Positions 8,500 through 18,130 of a stretch of 64,000 nt of DNA are shown piece after piece; within the stretch, counting starts at the first letter, position 1; each line of letters opens with the position of its first letter. The stretch is from Longimicrobiales bacterium (GTDB taxonomy: Bacteria; Gemmatimonadota; Gemmatimonadetes; Longimicrobiales; Gaopeijiaceae). The stretch spans positions 2,304,001 through 2,368,000 of the forward strand of contig CBDFMQ010000002.1 of the NCBI GenBank assembly GCA_965249725.1. Reading direction: 5' to 3'. Under the pieces are notes generated by a model. That model was not told the origin of the DNA, did not search any database, and saw nothing but the letters and a program-made list of their open reading frames with translations. A program made the translations under genes and the position numbers.

Positions 8500-9921
8500 A
8501 TGCGCCAGCGAACATTGCCGGTTCTGTATACGCTCACCCTGTTGGCGATCGCCGGTGGCCTCACGGTCCCCAGGGCCGTAGCGCAAGTGACGTGCTTCGG
8601 CGACCCGACCTGCATTCAGCCGGAGACGGGATACCCTGTGGGCCAGCGCGGTACGCCCAACATCGAGGTGGTCTCGCACATTCCTCTGCCCGGGGAGCGC
8701 TTCAGCCACGCCGACATCGAGATCGAGCAGGAGATGGATCGGCCTTTCGTCTACATCGCACAGCGATTAGGTGCGGCGGGCTTCTATGCGATCAGCCTTG
8801 AGGACGAGGAGCATCCCCGGGTCCTGTACCGTTACATCGTGGACGACCCGGATCTGCATCTCGGTTCCGGATGTCTCGATCCGAAGTACGCCAAGGCAGA
8901 GGGACGGTACTACCTGATCGTGTCCTGCCAGTTCGGGCAGGGTGGGCCGGACTCCGACTTGGGGGCGATGGTCTTCGACGTGACCGGACTTCCGGATGCA
9001 TCGACGGTGCGGAAGGTGGCGGACCTCCGGGCTCCGGATCTGCCGGGCGGCTTCCACAACATCTTCACCTACAAACACTCGAACGGCCGCTCACTCCTGG
9101 TCGCGACCACGCAGTCGAAGGACGCGTTCGTTTACGACATCGCGCAGGTCGCGGCGGGCTCCACGGATCCGGTCTCCGCGATCGCCATCCCCGACCCGAC
9201 GGCGACGGACTACCAGCAATGGCACGACATGTACCTCGGGTTCCTCCCTGACGTCGAGCAGGACCGATTCTACGGCGCCGGGGGAGGGGGCTACCACGTT
9301 CTCGACGTTACGGACGTGGAGAACCCGCGGCTCCTCACGTCCGTCACCGGCATCCCGGGGGTCCAGGACGGACACACCTTCACACCCACCCCCGACGGAC
9401 GCTACGGACTCGGGATGTCTGCGCCCACCTACCAGCACGCGCCGATCCGCTTCTTCGACCTGCGCCCTCCCGGGTCGGAGGGTCAGACTCCCAACATCGT
9501 GCGGGGATCCGGTATCGGGGCCTGGATCGCCAAGTTCGGGGGTGCGACCCACAACCATGAGATGCGGTGGCCCTACGTCTTCATCTCGGCGCAGGACGAC
9601 GGGCTCCAGATCGTCAACATGACCGATCCCACGCATCCCTTTACCGAGGCCTACTACCACACGCGGCAGGGCCCCAGCCTTCACGGTGACGCCATGTTCG
9701 GGGGAGCATACGGCACGACGGGTAACATCTACGATGGCGCATGGGGCGTGGACATCCGGAACGCGGACGGGCTCATCGTGGTGAGCGACTTCAACACCGG
9801 ATTCTGGGCGTTCAGGCTCGACGGATTCCTGGGCTGGAACGGAAACGACTGGAACATGCCGAACATCTCGAGCGCGCAGATGTGGGACGAGAGCCCGGAC
9901 CAGCCGCAGCAGATCCGGTAG
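8500..9921 (+). CDS. Secreted LVIVD-repeat beta-propeller protein
   Basis: GAGGAG RBS; signal peptide; repeats VFDVT, VLDVTD, LQIVNMTDP, AWGVD...IVVSD; conserved-looking His residues (FHN, WHD, GHT, THN). Confidence 0.75.
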   Translation: MRQRTLPVLYTLTLLAIAGGLTVPRAVAQVTCFGDPTCIQPETGYPVGQRGTPNIEVVSHIPLPGERFSHADIEIEQEMDRPFVYIAQRLGAAGFYAISLEDEEHPRVLYRYIVDDPDLHLGSGCLDPKYAKAEGRYYLIVSCQFGQGGPDSDLGAMVFDVTGLPDASTVRKVADLRAPDLPGGFHNIFTYKHSNGRSLLVATTQSKDAFVYDIAQVAAGSTDPVSAIAIPDPTATDYQQWHDMYLGFLPDVEQDRFYGAGGGGYHVLDVTDVENPRLLTSVTGIPGVQDGHTFTPTPDGRYGLGMSAPTYQHAPIRFFDLRPPGSEGQTPNIVRGSGIGAWIAKFGGATHNHEMRWPYVFISAQDDGLQIVNMTDPTHPFTEAYYHTRQGPSLHGDAMFGGAYGTTGNIYDGAWGVDIRNADGLIVVSDFNTGFWAFRLDGFLGWNGNDWNMPNISSAQMWDESPDQPQQIR

Positions 9922-9968
9922 GCTGCGGCAAGTCGCGTAGGTAAGAGTCGATCAACCGGGAGGTCCTC

Positions 9969-10215
9969 ATGGTAGGCCGATCCTCGATCCTCGTTGTGGC
10001 TGCGTGGCGTTGGCCGCGTGCGAATCGTCGACGCCCCAGCCGGACACCATCTTCACCGGCCGCTTCGTCACGTTGGACGAGGCCCAGCCCGAGGTCGAGG
10101 CGCTGGCGGTAGCCGGCGGACGGATCGTGGCGGCGGGCTCCCGGGCGGAGGTCGAGGCACTGGTCGGCGAAGGCACCCAGACCGTGGCGATCGGCGGCGT
10201 GGCCGTGCCCGGCTT
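9969..10215 (+). pseudogene. N-terminal fragment of an amidohydrolase-3 (YtcJ-like) lipoprotein
   Basis: DTIFTGRFVTLD...EALAVAGGRIVAAGS...VAVPGF then similarity ends; frameshift in the signal peptide. Confidence 0.7.
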
Positions 10216-10279
10216 CGCTGCGTCGACCCCGGAAGTTGAACCGCGCCATCTAACCAGCGTATGTGCTGCGACAGCTCAT

Positions 10280-10434
10280 GTCCGATAACGGGCTCACGAA
10301 CTCACGACGCGGAGTGAGCGCAGCGAACGCAGTGCCCCGGAGGGGCCGGGCCCGTTGATCTTCACGATAGTGTTACAGCAGCGAATTCGCGAAGGCGCAA
10401 CGCGGGGTCTGGCGGGAGAGCGGCGTCAGGCGTC
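10280..10434. repeat. attC-like site B
   Basis: GTCCGATAAC ... GTCAGGCGTC; closely similar over its length to 14475-14626; includes the stop codon of the adjacent gene. Confidence 0.55.
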
Positions 10435-11190
10435 GTCAGCCTGTTCGAGCAGTTCGCCCACCAGATGTGGACGCCAAACCCTGCCCACCTCAACCTCGTC
10501 ATGGATCCGCCCCGAGTAGATTCCCAGAAACGCTGTGGCTCCTCCTCCGATGTTGAGAGCCCCGCTCTTAGAAGGGTAAGACCCCATCGATCGATAAACT
10601 ACCGGTGACCCGGACATCCCCCCACGAGTGGTCGCGTCGATCAGAAAAGCGGGTTTGCCGTCATAGTCAATGTCCGGATCGGACGCGATGTGTCCCGTCT
10701 TCCAGATCGGAAAGGCCACTCCGGTCGCAAGGCCATAGGGGTATCCGATGATCGAAACGGACATCGCCGGTTGTAGCCGCACATCGTGCTCGGCAGACCC
10801 GAGGTCAAGGGGGTGGAGCTGAATATCGGAGTCAGATAGGTCCAATTCGAGCCCTGCAAGATCAACCGCTGCGCCTTCCGGATGCTCGACCCACAGGGCC
10901 TCACCCTCACTATCCACGAGGGGCTGCGTGATGTGCTTCCACGACCCGAGCCTCTTCGCGTGATGAACAATCATGATCTCGTCAGGAGTCGCGCCGGTCG
11001 GTGAAAGCGGTTGGTTGTCCTCAGGGTTCCTGCCGGAGAGAACGTGCCAATTCGTAATCAGATGCGACCCACTCTCAGTTTGAACGACGAAAGCAGTTGC
11101 GGTGCCGAGTTGCTTGCCTCGTGCGCGGAGTTCAACTCTCAGACTCGTGCAACTAAGAGGATCGATGACAATCGTCTTCGGGTCTGCCAT
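10426..11190 (-). CDS. Trypsin-like serine protease (cassette-like gene)
   Basis: LITNWHV (His), VDLA (Asp), GGMSGSPV (Ser). Confidence 0.85.
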   Translation of the reverse strand: MADPKTIVIDPLSCTSLRVELRARGKQLGTATAFVVQTESGSHLITNWHVLSGRNPEDNQPLSPTGATPDEIMIVHHAKRLGSWKHITQPLVDSEGEALWVEHPEGAAVDLAGLELDLSDSDIQLHPLDLGSAEHDVRLQPAMSVSIIGYPYGLATGVAFPIWKTGHIASDPDIDYDGKPAFLIDATTRGGMSGSPVVYRSMGSYPSKSGALNIGGGATAFLGIYSGRIHDEVEVGRVWRPHLVGELLEQADDA

Positions 11191-11219
11191 TTCTTGGTCA
11201 ATTCAGATTTCGAGGCGAT

Positions 11220-11442
11220 GACGTATAAAGGGCTCACGGACTCACGACGCGCAGTGTCCGCGAAGCGGCCGGCCCGTTGCTCATCGTAAGATCAGGGCTG
11301 CCGGAGCGCGACAGCGTGGAGGGACGAGTGCCCACCTGATAGCGGACCGACCCCTAAGGTCGGCGATTGCGAGCCGTGTGACTGAGCCACGCGCGGGAGC
11401 ACTCGTTATCGAGGGCCGCGCTTGAGTCCGGCGTTATAGGAC
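11220..11442. repeat. attC-like site C (long)
   Basis: Left arm TATAAAGGGCTCACGGACTCACGACGCG matches sites B and F; right arm CGCGCTTGAGTCCGGCGTTATAGGAC pairs with it (GGACTCA/TGAGTCC, TATAA/TTATA). Confidence 0.55.
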
Positions 11443-11587
11443 GTGAGTGGGGGGGCAACCGCATATCGTGGTGCGGCGTCCATCTGCGGATTGGAGATCA
11501 ATCGGACACCGGCGCGGCTGCGTTCCGCGCCGGTCATGGCCCGGATAGGGCTTGTTGTCGGGCCCGGACGTCTCCGCCGCCTTCGGG

Positions 11588-12922
11588 TCAGAAGCGATCC
11601 CTATTCCCTACTCCACCGAAGCGCGTGTTGACGACGTTGTTGAAGATCGAGCCGAATCGGTAGCGGAACCCGAAGCTGAGACCCGCCTGGTAGTTCGTCT
11701 CGAGCTGTCTCCGCCGTAGGAGAACCTCCTCCAAGTCGGCATCGCCCTTCCGCAGGTTGAGCTGATTGTGGATGAGCTCGAGCGAGCCGCCGATCTCGAT
11801 CGAAAGCCCCTGCGCGATGCGGACGTCGACAGCTCCGTTGAACTGAACGCTGTGGCGTGAGAGATCGTGCAGATACTGCGATGCGTTGATGCCGACGTCG
11901 ATCTCGCCCCACGGCTGGATCACTTCGTAGCCCGCGTTGAGGATCTGCTCTGGAAGCAGCTGCTCGGTCTCCTCGTAGATCGTCGTGTCCCGATAGGTGA
12001 TGTGTGACGCGCCGACGCGGTAGGTGATGGTCAGTTGTCGCCGAGTCGCCTCCCGGTACGGGTACAGGCTCCACTCGATGGCGGGCATCAGACGGTACCG
12101 CCATTCGACGTTGGCGAACGTCGATGTGAAGACATCTCCGAAAGCCCCCATCGACCAGTGTGGCGAGACGCTTCGGACGACGTAGCTGGTGAAGCCGTCC
12201 CGTCGCGCAGAGCTCTCGATCGTCTCGTCCTCTCGGTCGAAACGGTCGTAGTTGTAGTTGAAGAATGGCCGGAACTGGAGCTTCCAGTCCTCCGTCACAC
12301 GGTCGATGTACACACCGTACCGCGTGTCGAAGGATCGCTGCTTGGACTCGAAGTCTGCGCCGCCGTCCCAGTACATCTCGAAGATCCAGTGATCCCACGG
12401 ATCATCCTGCAGCTGCGCTTGTCCGCTGGCCTCGTCCTCCGCCGGGGCGATGTCGACCCGCAGGCGGTCTCCCATGGCCATTCGCAGGAGGTATGGCACG
12501 AGGACCGCTCTGAGCGTGCGGAGGAATCCCTCGCGCTCTTCGGCCTCGGTTGCATCCACGTTCGTCGTGTAGACCGTGGAGAAGTCCATCCCCTCGAACG
12601 GGCCCAAGCCGATGAGGTCGAACGTCTGCGCCTGGCCGCCTGCACCTGTCTCCTCCTGGGTCACGAGGACGTGGATTCCGGCGACCTCGCGGTCGCGAAC
12701 GTGATCCAAGTACGTGATCTCCGGGCGGATGAAGGTCTCGTCGCAGAAACCGCAGTCCAGGAAGATGGCAAGTCGCGCGGGCATCTCCGTCTCGACGTCC
12801 TGGGACGCGGCTGATTGGGCCGAAGCCCCGAACCATGCGAGGACCGTCAGACAGAACGCCGCAGCGCGCACTCGGCGCCACGCGAAGATGTTCACCCGGG
12901 GTGTTGCGGAGGCTCGAAGCAT
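11588..12922 (-). CDS. Hypothetical outer-membrane beta-barrel protein
   Basis: Signal peptide, FLDCGFCD motif, amphipathic strands, C-terminal FGSIFNNVVNTRF. Confidence 0.75.
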   Translation of the reverse strand: MLRASATPRVNIFAWRRVRAAAFCLTVLAWFGASAQSAASQDVETEMPARLAIFLDCGFCDETFIRPEITYLDHVRDREVAGIHVLVTQEETGAGGQAQTFDLIGLGPFEGMDFSTVYTTNVDATEAEEREGFLRTLRAVLVPYLLRMAMGDRLRVDIAPAEDEASGQAQLQDDPWDHWIFEMYWDGGADFESKQRSFDTRYGVYIDRVTEDWKLQFRPFFNYNYDRFDREDETIESSARRDGFTSYVVRSVSPHWSMGAFGDVFTSTFANVEWRYRLMPAIEWSLYPYREATRRQLTITYRVGASHITYRDTTIYEETEQLLPEQILNAGYEVIQPWGEIDVGINASQYLHDLSRHSVQFNGAVDVRIAQGLSIEIGGSLELIHNQLNLRKGDADLEEVLLRRRQLETNYQAGLSFGFRYRFGSIFNNVVNTRFGGVGNRDRF

Positions 12923-13089
12923 GGGGCTTGCCTGGGCAGAAGTTCAGACGGGCGTGCGTCCCGGAAGGGACGCGATCCGCCCTAATGACCACTGACGCGC
13001 CCTGGGTGTTGAACCCGCTTGGGGGATCCGATCTCCGGGATTCCGTGCCAGAAGGGAGGGGAGATCTCCGCACCATCCCGAGAATCCAT

Positions 13090-13271
13090 GTCCGATAACG
13101 GGCTATGTGCGACGTACGTCACTCCGCAAGTAGGCCTGTCGACTCGCCGCGGGCGGGTGCCCGCAGATAATCGCCAAGCGATTCCTGCAGTCCCGGTAGA
13201 CGTCTAGCTCGCGCGCTTCGCTTGCGGTCCACATCTTGATCGCGCAGCAGAATCGCAATCCGTTAGATGGC
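13090..13271. repeat. attC-like site D (possibly chimeric)
   Basis: GTCCGATAACGGGCT ... CGCAGCAGAATCGCAATCCGTTAGATGGC. Confidence 0.5.
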
Positions 13272-13286
13272 GAACTCGAGGAGACA

Positions 13287-13646
13287 ATGAACGAGCAAGG
13301 TGGCTACATCCTGACCGAGATCTGGAACGCGAGGCCCTCTTGGGCAGCCCTCCCTCCGGACGAGCGCCTTCGTTTCTTCGAGGAGAAGGTCGGACCTCTG
13401 CTCATGGGCCTCATCGATGAGGGGGCTGAGATTCTCGCCTGCGCAATCAATGACAATACGGGCAGCGAGCGCATAGACTATCGGTACATGGCCGTTTGGC
13501 GGGTTCCGGACAAGGCATTCGGCGATCGCCTCGAGGCAGCGGCCAAGGCTGCCGGCTTTCTGGACTATTTCGAGCAGGTGAACTTCAGTGGCAATGCGAT
13601 CACACCCGATGCGTTGAACGGCGATATGCTGCAGTTCGCTCTCTGA
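13287..13646 (+). CDS. Small conserved-looking hypothetical protein (cassette-like)
   Basis: GAGGAG RBS just after GTTAGATGGC; EIWNARPSWAAL...YMAVW...YFEQVN. Confidence 0.7.
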   Translation: MNEQGGYILTEIWNARPSWAALPPDERLRFFEEKVGPLLMGLIDEGAEILACAINDNTGSERIDYRYMAVWRVPDKAFGDRLEAAAKAAGFLDYFEQVNFSGNAITPDALNGDMLQFAL

Positions 13647-13812
13647 TGCACGGGGCGTGCGCCGTTCGGGCCTACATGTCCCGGCCCACCCCCGTCACCT
13701 AACGCGTGGTTGTACCGGCCAAAGCACGTTACGTGATGCAGCGTGGCCGACATCCGCAGTGCGACGTCGCTCATCTAAGGCGGTCTAGTGGAGGCACGCG
13801 ACTCGCTCAGTG

Positions 13813-14427
13813 TCAACAGGGTTCAAGTCGCTGGTTCAGGAGGATCGGTTCGGCTAGTTGGAACAGGATGCAGCCGCCTTGGGGGCGGGGTGGACCGATG
13901 GGGTTCAAGGCGTCGGACTCAAGCGAGGCACTGCCCAGATCGCCAGCGACCTGGCTCGTACCGTCCAGGAGGTCGAAGGACCGGGCCGAAAGCCGGTAGA
14001 TTCCGCCTCCGCCCTCCACCCCGACGTAGAAGATGACTGACTCCCGGACCAAGGGCTTCGAGAGGAGGGGGTGGAGGGCTGGTGCGACTTCGGACAGAAC
14101 TGTCACGACCTCACGATTCCAGAAGGACCACGGGCCAAGGGTCCAGCAAACGGAGTCCCTTCCGCACTCTTCCCAGCGAGATCCGCTGTCCATGACCGGC
14201 TGATAAAGGAATCCGACTGAGCTGACCAGGACTCCGGAAAACAGGTCGACCACATCTACCGGATCGCCGTCAACCACGAGTGTGGCCATCGATCCTTCGC
14301 CGACACCATCCGACCAGGTCGCGGTATCCGTGAGCAAGTAGTCTTGGCCTACAAGTCCGTCGGGGAGAAGGGCAGCGAGGGCGATGCTCACGACGAGCAC
14401 ACGGCATAGAGTTCTGGTCGGAATCAT
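13813..14427 (-). CDS. Hypothetical secreted protein (cassette-like)
   Basis: Signal-peptide-like N-terminus MIPTRTLCRVLVVSIALAA. Confidence 0.5.
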   Translation of the reverse strand: MIPTRTLCRVLVVSIALAALLPDGLVGQDYLLTDTATWSDGVGEGSMATLVVDGDPVDVVDLFSGVLVSSVGFLYQPVMDSGSRWEECGRDSVCWTLGPWSFWNREVVTVLSEVAPALHPLLSKPLVRESVIFYVGVEGGGGIYRLSARSFDLLDGTSQVAGDLGSASLESDALNPIGPPRPQGGCILFQLAEPILLNQRLEPC

Positions 14428-14474
14428 GGCGTTAGATAGCGACGCGTAGAGAGATGTGTCCGTCGACAAGCTTT

Positions 14475-14626
14475 GTCCCATAACGGGCTCACGAACTCAC
14501 GACGCGGAGTGAGCGCAGCGAACGCAGTGCCCCGAAACGACGGGCCCGTTGGTCTTCACGATAGTGTTACAGCAGCTAATGCGAAGGCGCACCGGAGGGC
14601 CCAGCGGGAGAGCAGCGTTACAGGAC
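14475..14626. repeat. attC-like site F
   Basis: GTCCCATAAC ... GTTACAGGAC; paralogous to 10280-10434. Confidence 0.55.
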
Positions 14627-14713
14627 CTGCGTCAGCACCCTGATCGCCTCTGGGGCTGGTGGTCGATAGCCCAGGGAACTGTGGGGCCGGATGGTGTTGA
14701 ACTCTCGGCGCCA
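14618..14713 (-). pseudogene. C-terminal remnant of an IS3-family transposase
   Basis: Hand translation WRREFNTIRPHSSLGYRPPAPEAIRVLTQVL*, typical of IS3 OrfB C-termini. Confidence 0.75.
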
Positions 14714-15403
14714 TTATCCGGCGAGCTTCTCGAACAGTAGGTTGAGCACCCGTCCGTTGGAGACACGCATACCGGTCGGCTCACCGGAAGAGTCCATCTC
14801 GAATCGAGCAGTTCCGAAGAATGGCGCGCCCGAGTAAGTGTCCTCTTCTGTCGGCGTCAACTCGAAGTCTGGGTGCAGACGATGTTTCGCCATGAGCTTC
14901 CCGCCTTCCACCACCAGGGTATAGACGGTCTCCAACTCCGGGCTGAAGTAGTGTCCGGCTAGTGCGGCTAGATCCCGCAAGCTCGGCATCCACGGCTCTA
15001 CGCGCGGTGCTGGGAAGTCAGTTTCATGCTGGTGGACGGTCAGCCCTGATATGGTGCCATCAACTCCTCGGTTGAAGGTGACTACCGCCTCGACGTTGGT
15101 GAGATAAAACGTAGAGTCGGACAACGTGATCGCGGCGTTCCGCGTCGGTCCCTCACCCCGAACAAAGAGGGTAGAGCCGTCGTGGGAGATATTGAGGGCG
15201 AAGGTCGGGTAGAGCTGGTAGGCCCCTACGTACTCCGCGAGGATCGCCTCATCGACTTCGATCTCTGCGGGCGCTCCGGTCACCATGGGCTCGGCTCGAG
15301 CTGCGGGCTCGGTAGGCTGCTGTGCAGCGGCGAGGAGCGAGGTGCCAAGCATCGAAATGACGAGCGATCCCACGGTTGCTACGGCATTGATGCGACGGAT
15401 CAT
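14714..15403 (-). CDS. Secreted protein with DUF3471-like domains (serine-hydrolase C-terminal type), no catalytic domain
   Basis: Signal peptide; LAEYVGAYQL... and LAALAGHYFSPELE...RVLNLLFEK. Confidence 0.7.
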   Translation of the reverse strand: MIRRINAVATVGSLVISMLGTSLLAAAQQPTEPAARAEPMVTGAPAEIEVDEAILAEYVGAYQLYPTFALNISHDGSTLFVRGEGPTRNAAITLSDSTFYLTNVEAVVTFNRGVDGTISGLTVHQHETDFPAPRVEPWMPSLRDLAALAGHYFSPELETVYTLVVEGGKLMAKHRLHPDFELTPTEEDTYSGAPFFGTARFEMDSSGEPTGMRVSNGRVLNLLFEKLAG

Positions 15404-15560
15404 GAGCCTGCCTCAAGCTGTGGACGTTCGGCGCCGGCGGACGGATTGAGAATGCGCCCGGGCTGCAGATATCGCTAGCGAACCGATTCCATCCATTGTG
15501 CTACTCGCCCCATCTGACTGTGTAGTGCATAGGTGCAGTTCCGTCCTGTGCCGACCAGTG

Positions 15561-15677
15561 CCCGCCAGGTAACCGGAGGTTTTGGGGCCCCATGTGGGGT
15601 CCCGTAGCCCCATTTCCGCCCCTAACTCACCAACACCCAAAAGCCGGAAGCCCAGATCCTTCCTAGACTTCCGGCGA
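15561..15677 (-). other. tRNA-adjacent block: terminator hairpin plus integrase arm-like direct repeats
   Basis: GCCGGAAG...CTTCCGGC stem followed by TTTT on the minus strand; TGGGGCCCC/TGGGGTCCC direct repeats. Confidence 0.55.
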
Positions 15678-15678
15678 A

Positions 15679-15751
<73 letters not shown>

Positions 15752-16017
15752 TGGGCGTAAAACTAGCCGCTAGCCGGTAGAAGCTCCACGGTCTGGTGGT
15801 TCGTCTGCAGAGGGGGCGGACCAGCGCCGTGAACTCCTCGGCGGACTCACGTATTCAGCCTGAGACCAGAGTTACCGGCCGACCCGCCCTTTCGAGCGCG
15901 GTTGCGGAGCCACTTCAGTCCCTCCATTTCAATGCGTATCGAGACCTACCGCGCTTGCCCCGTCCTCGAGAGGGACCCTGCACCCGTTGGGCCTCATCGC
16001 CCGCGAGGAGAGAACTA

Positions 16018-17205
16018 GTGATCGAGACCGACGACCAAAGGCGAGCTCCAGGTGCCGGTACCCAGGAGACGGCGGTCCAGGACCGATATGCCTCTGCGGC
16101 CCAGGCCCAGGCGCCCGCCCTGTGTTGTCCCGTGGACTACGATCCTCAGTACCTGGAGATCATCCCGGAAGAGGTTATCGAACGGGACTACGGTTGTGGT
16201 GACCCGAGCCGTTACCTCAAGACGGGAGAGACGGTTCTCGACCTGGGCAGCGGTACGGGCAAAATCTGCTTCATCGCGTCGCAGGTCGTTGGAGAGACGG
16301 GCAAGGTCATCGGTGTCGACATGACACCGGAGATGCTCGAGGTGGCCCGCCGAAACGCCCCGGTCGTCGCCGAGCGAACCGGCTACGCCAACGTGGAGTT
16401 TCGACGCGGCCGCATCCAGGATCTGTCGCTCGATCTGGATCTCCTGGAGGAGCGCCTCAGTGATCATCCCGTGTCGACCACTGAAGGTTGGCTAGAGCTC
16501 GAACGGACGACCTCGGATCTTCGGCTCCTGGAGCCGCTGGTTCACGACGAATCGGTGGACGTCGTCGTCTCGAATTGCGTTCTGAACCTCGTCGAGACGG
16601 AGCAGAAGCAGAATCTCTTCCGTGAGATCTACCGTGTCCTCAAGAACGGCGGACGGGCGATCATCTCGGACATCGTCTCGGACGAAGCGGTGCCCGAGGA
16701 GCTCCAGATGGACTCCGAGTTGTGGAGCGGATGTGTTTCGGGAGCCCTCACCGAGGAAGGCTTCCTCGCGGCGTTCGAAGAGGTCGGGTTCCATGGAGTC
16801 CGTGTGCTTGAGCGCCAGGCCGAGCCTTGGCAGACCGTGAACGGGATCGAGTTTCGCTCGGTGACGGTCGAGGCCTTCAAGGGCAAGGAAGGGCCCTGTT
16901 GGGAGCGCGGGCAGGCCGTGATCTATAGAGGCCCGTTCAAAGAAGTACTCGACGACGACGGTCACCGTATGGAGCGCGGTAAGCGCTACGCGGTGTGCGA
17001 CAAGACGTTTCGTATCTACGAACAGGAGCCGTATGGGGAGCTCTTCGACTTCGTGGAGCCTCTCGTGGAGATTCCCCTGGAGGAGGCGGAGCCCTTCGAT
17101 TGCACCCGGACCACGACCCGACATCCCAGGGAGTCCAAGGGCTTGGACTACGATGTGACCACGGACCCTCAGGGAGTGTGCTGTGAACCGGGCGACTGCT
17201 GCTGA
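16018..17205 (+). CDS. arsM: ArsM/AS3MT-like As(III) S-adenosylmethionine methyltransferase
   Basis: GAGGAG RBS with GTG; VLDLGSGTG; Cys motifs ALCCP, YGCG, SNCVLN, WSGCVSGA; C-terminal CC...CC. Confidence 0.75.
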   Translation: MIETDDQRRAPGAGTQETAVQDRYASAAQAQAPALCCPVDYDPQYLEIIPEEVIERDYGCGDPSRYLKTGETVLDLGSGTGKICFIASQVVGETGKVIGVDMTPEMLEVARRNAPVVAERTGYANVEFRRGRIQDLSLDLDLLEERLSDHPVSTTEGWLELERTTSDLRLLEPLVHDESVDVVVSNCVLNLVETEQKQNLFREIYRVLKNGGRAIISDIVSDEAVPEELQMDSELWSGCVSGALTEEGFLAAFEEVGFHGVRVLERQAEPWQTVNGIEFRSVTVEAFKGKEGPCWERGQAVIYRGPFKEVLDDDGHRMERGKRYAVCDKTFRIYEQEPYGELFDFVEPLVEIPLEEAEPFDCTRTTTRHPRESKGLDYDVTTDPQGVCCEPGDCC

Positions 17206-18130
17206 CCCGCCGCCTGGTGGTCGCGTGAGCCCGGGCACGGACGGCGGGGTGACCCCGACTCCGACCGCTAGTGAGTCCCCGGCGGTCGCCCTTCGATCGC
17301 TCGACACGCTGTGGTTCCAGGTGGGTGGTACGCTCTGCAACCTGACGTGCACGCACTGCTTCATCTCCTGCTCGCCTACGAACCACACCCATGAATTCCT
17401 GAGCCTGGAGACTGTCCGATCCTACCTCGACGAGGCGGTGCCGCTGGGTGTGAAGGAGTACTACTTCACGGGTGGAGAGCCCTTCATCAACCGCGATATG
17501 GAGGCCATCCTCGCCGAGACGCTCAAGGTCGGACCGGCCACGGTGCTGACGAACGGCCTACTCCTCGATCGTGACCGATGCGCTCGGTTGGCGAGGCTGG
17601 CCGAGGAGTCCGACTACTCGCTCGACCTTCGCATCTCGCTGGATGGGTACACCGCCGAGACCAACGACCCCATCCGGGGAGAAGGCACGTTCGAGCGGAT
17701 CCTCGACGGAGCACGCCGCGCGGCCGAGGCGGGGCTGAACCCGGTTCTCACCGTGACGGAGGTCCACGAGGGCAACGGGACCGACCAAGGTCGCACGAGG
17801 TTCCTGGAGCTGTTGACCGCGAGAGGGATTACTCCCCCGCGGTTGAAGGTTCTGCCGGTCTTCCAACTCGGTGCCGAAGCCGAGCGCTCGGGCTGCTACG
17901 AGAGTTGGCAGAGGCTCTCGGCAACGGACGCCCCCGAGGACGGATGGGATCACCTGCAATGTTCTTCTTCCCGCATGGTCACCGACCAGGGCGTCTGGGT
18001 GTGTCCGATCCTGGTCAACGAGCCAACAGGGCGCATGGGGGAGCGGCTCGCCGACACCTTTGGCGACTACCCACTCAGCCACCAGGCGTGCTGGACCTGC
18101 CATGTGTACGAGGTCAGCTGCAGGACATGA
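17183..18130 (+). CDS. Radical SAM protein
   Basis: CNLTCTHC, FTGGEPF, VLTNG, ISLDG; extra C-terminal Cys (LQC, VCP, CWTC, SC). Confidence 0.9.
   Translation: MNRATAADPPPGGRVSPGTDGGVTPTPTASESPAVALRSLDTLWFQVGGTLCNLTCTHCFISCSPTNHTHEFLSLETVRSYLDEAVPLGVKEYYFTGGEPFINRDMEAILAETLKVGPATVLTNGLLLDRDRCARLARLAEESDYSLDLRISLDGYTAETNDPIRGEGTFERILDGARRAAEAGLNPVLTVTEVHEGNGTDQGRTRFLELLTARGITPPRLKVLPVFQLGAEAERSGCYESWQRLSATDAPEDGWDHLQCSSSRMVTDQGVWVCPILVNEPTGRMGERLADTFGDYPLSHQACWTCHVYEVSCRT

Noticed and set aside
13088..13115. ATGTCCGATAA...TATGT as a XerC/D dif-like site (also 10278 and about 23522-23547)
   Set aside because: The spacing is not 11-6-11 and the XerD arm is poor. The attC-like reading fits the paired ends better for the island copies.
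17197..17260. Selenocysteine readthrough at the CC-TGA end of the methyltransferase
   Set aside because: The stop overlaps the next gene, CC tails are normal for ArsM-like proteins, and no convincing SECIS was seen.
17578..18126. N-terminal extensions of ORFs 17578-19080, 18747-20321, 15796-17205 and 4273-5565
   Set aside because: GC-rich open frames overlapping neighbouring genes or leaders. Better starts with RBS or stop-start coupling lie downstream.
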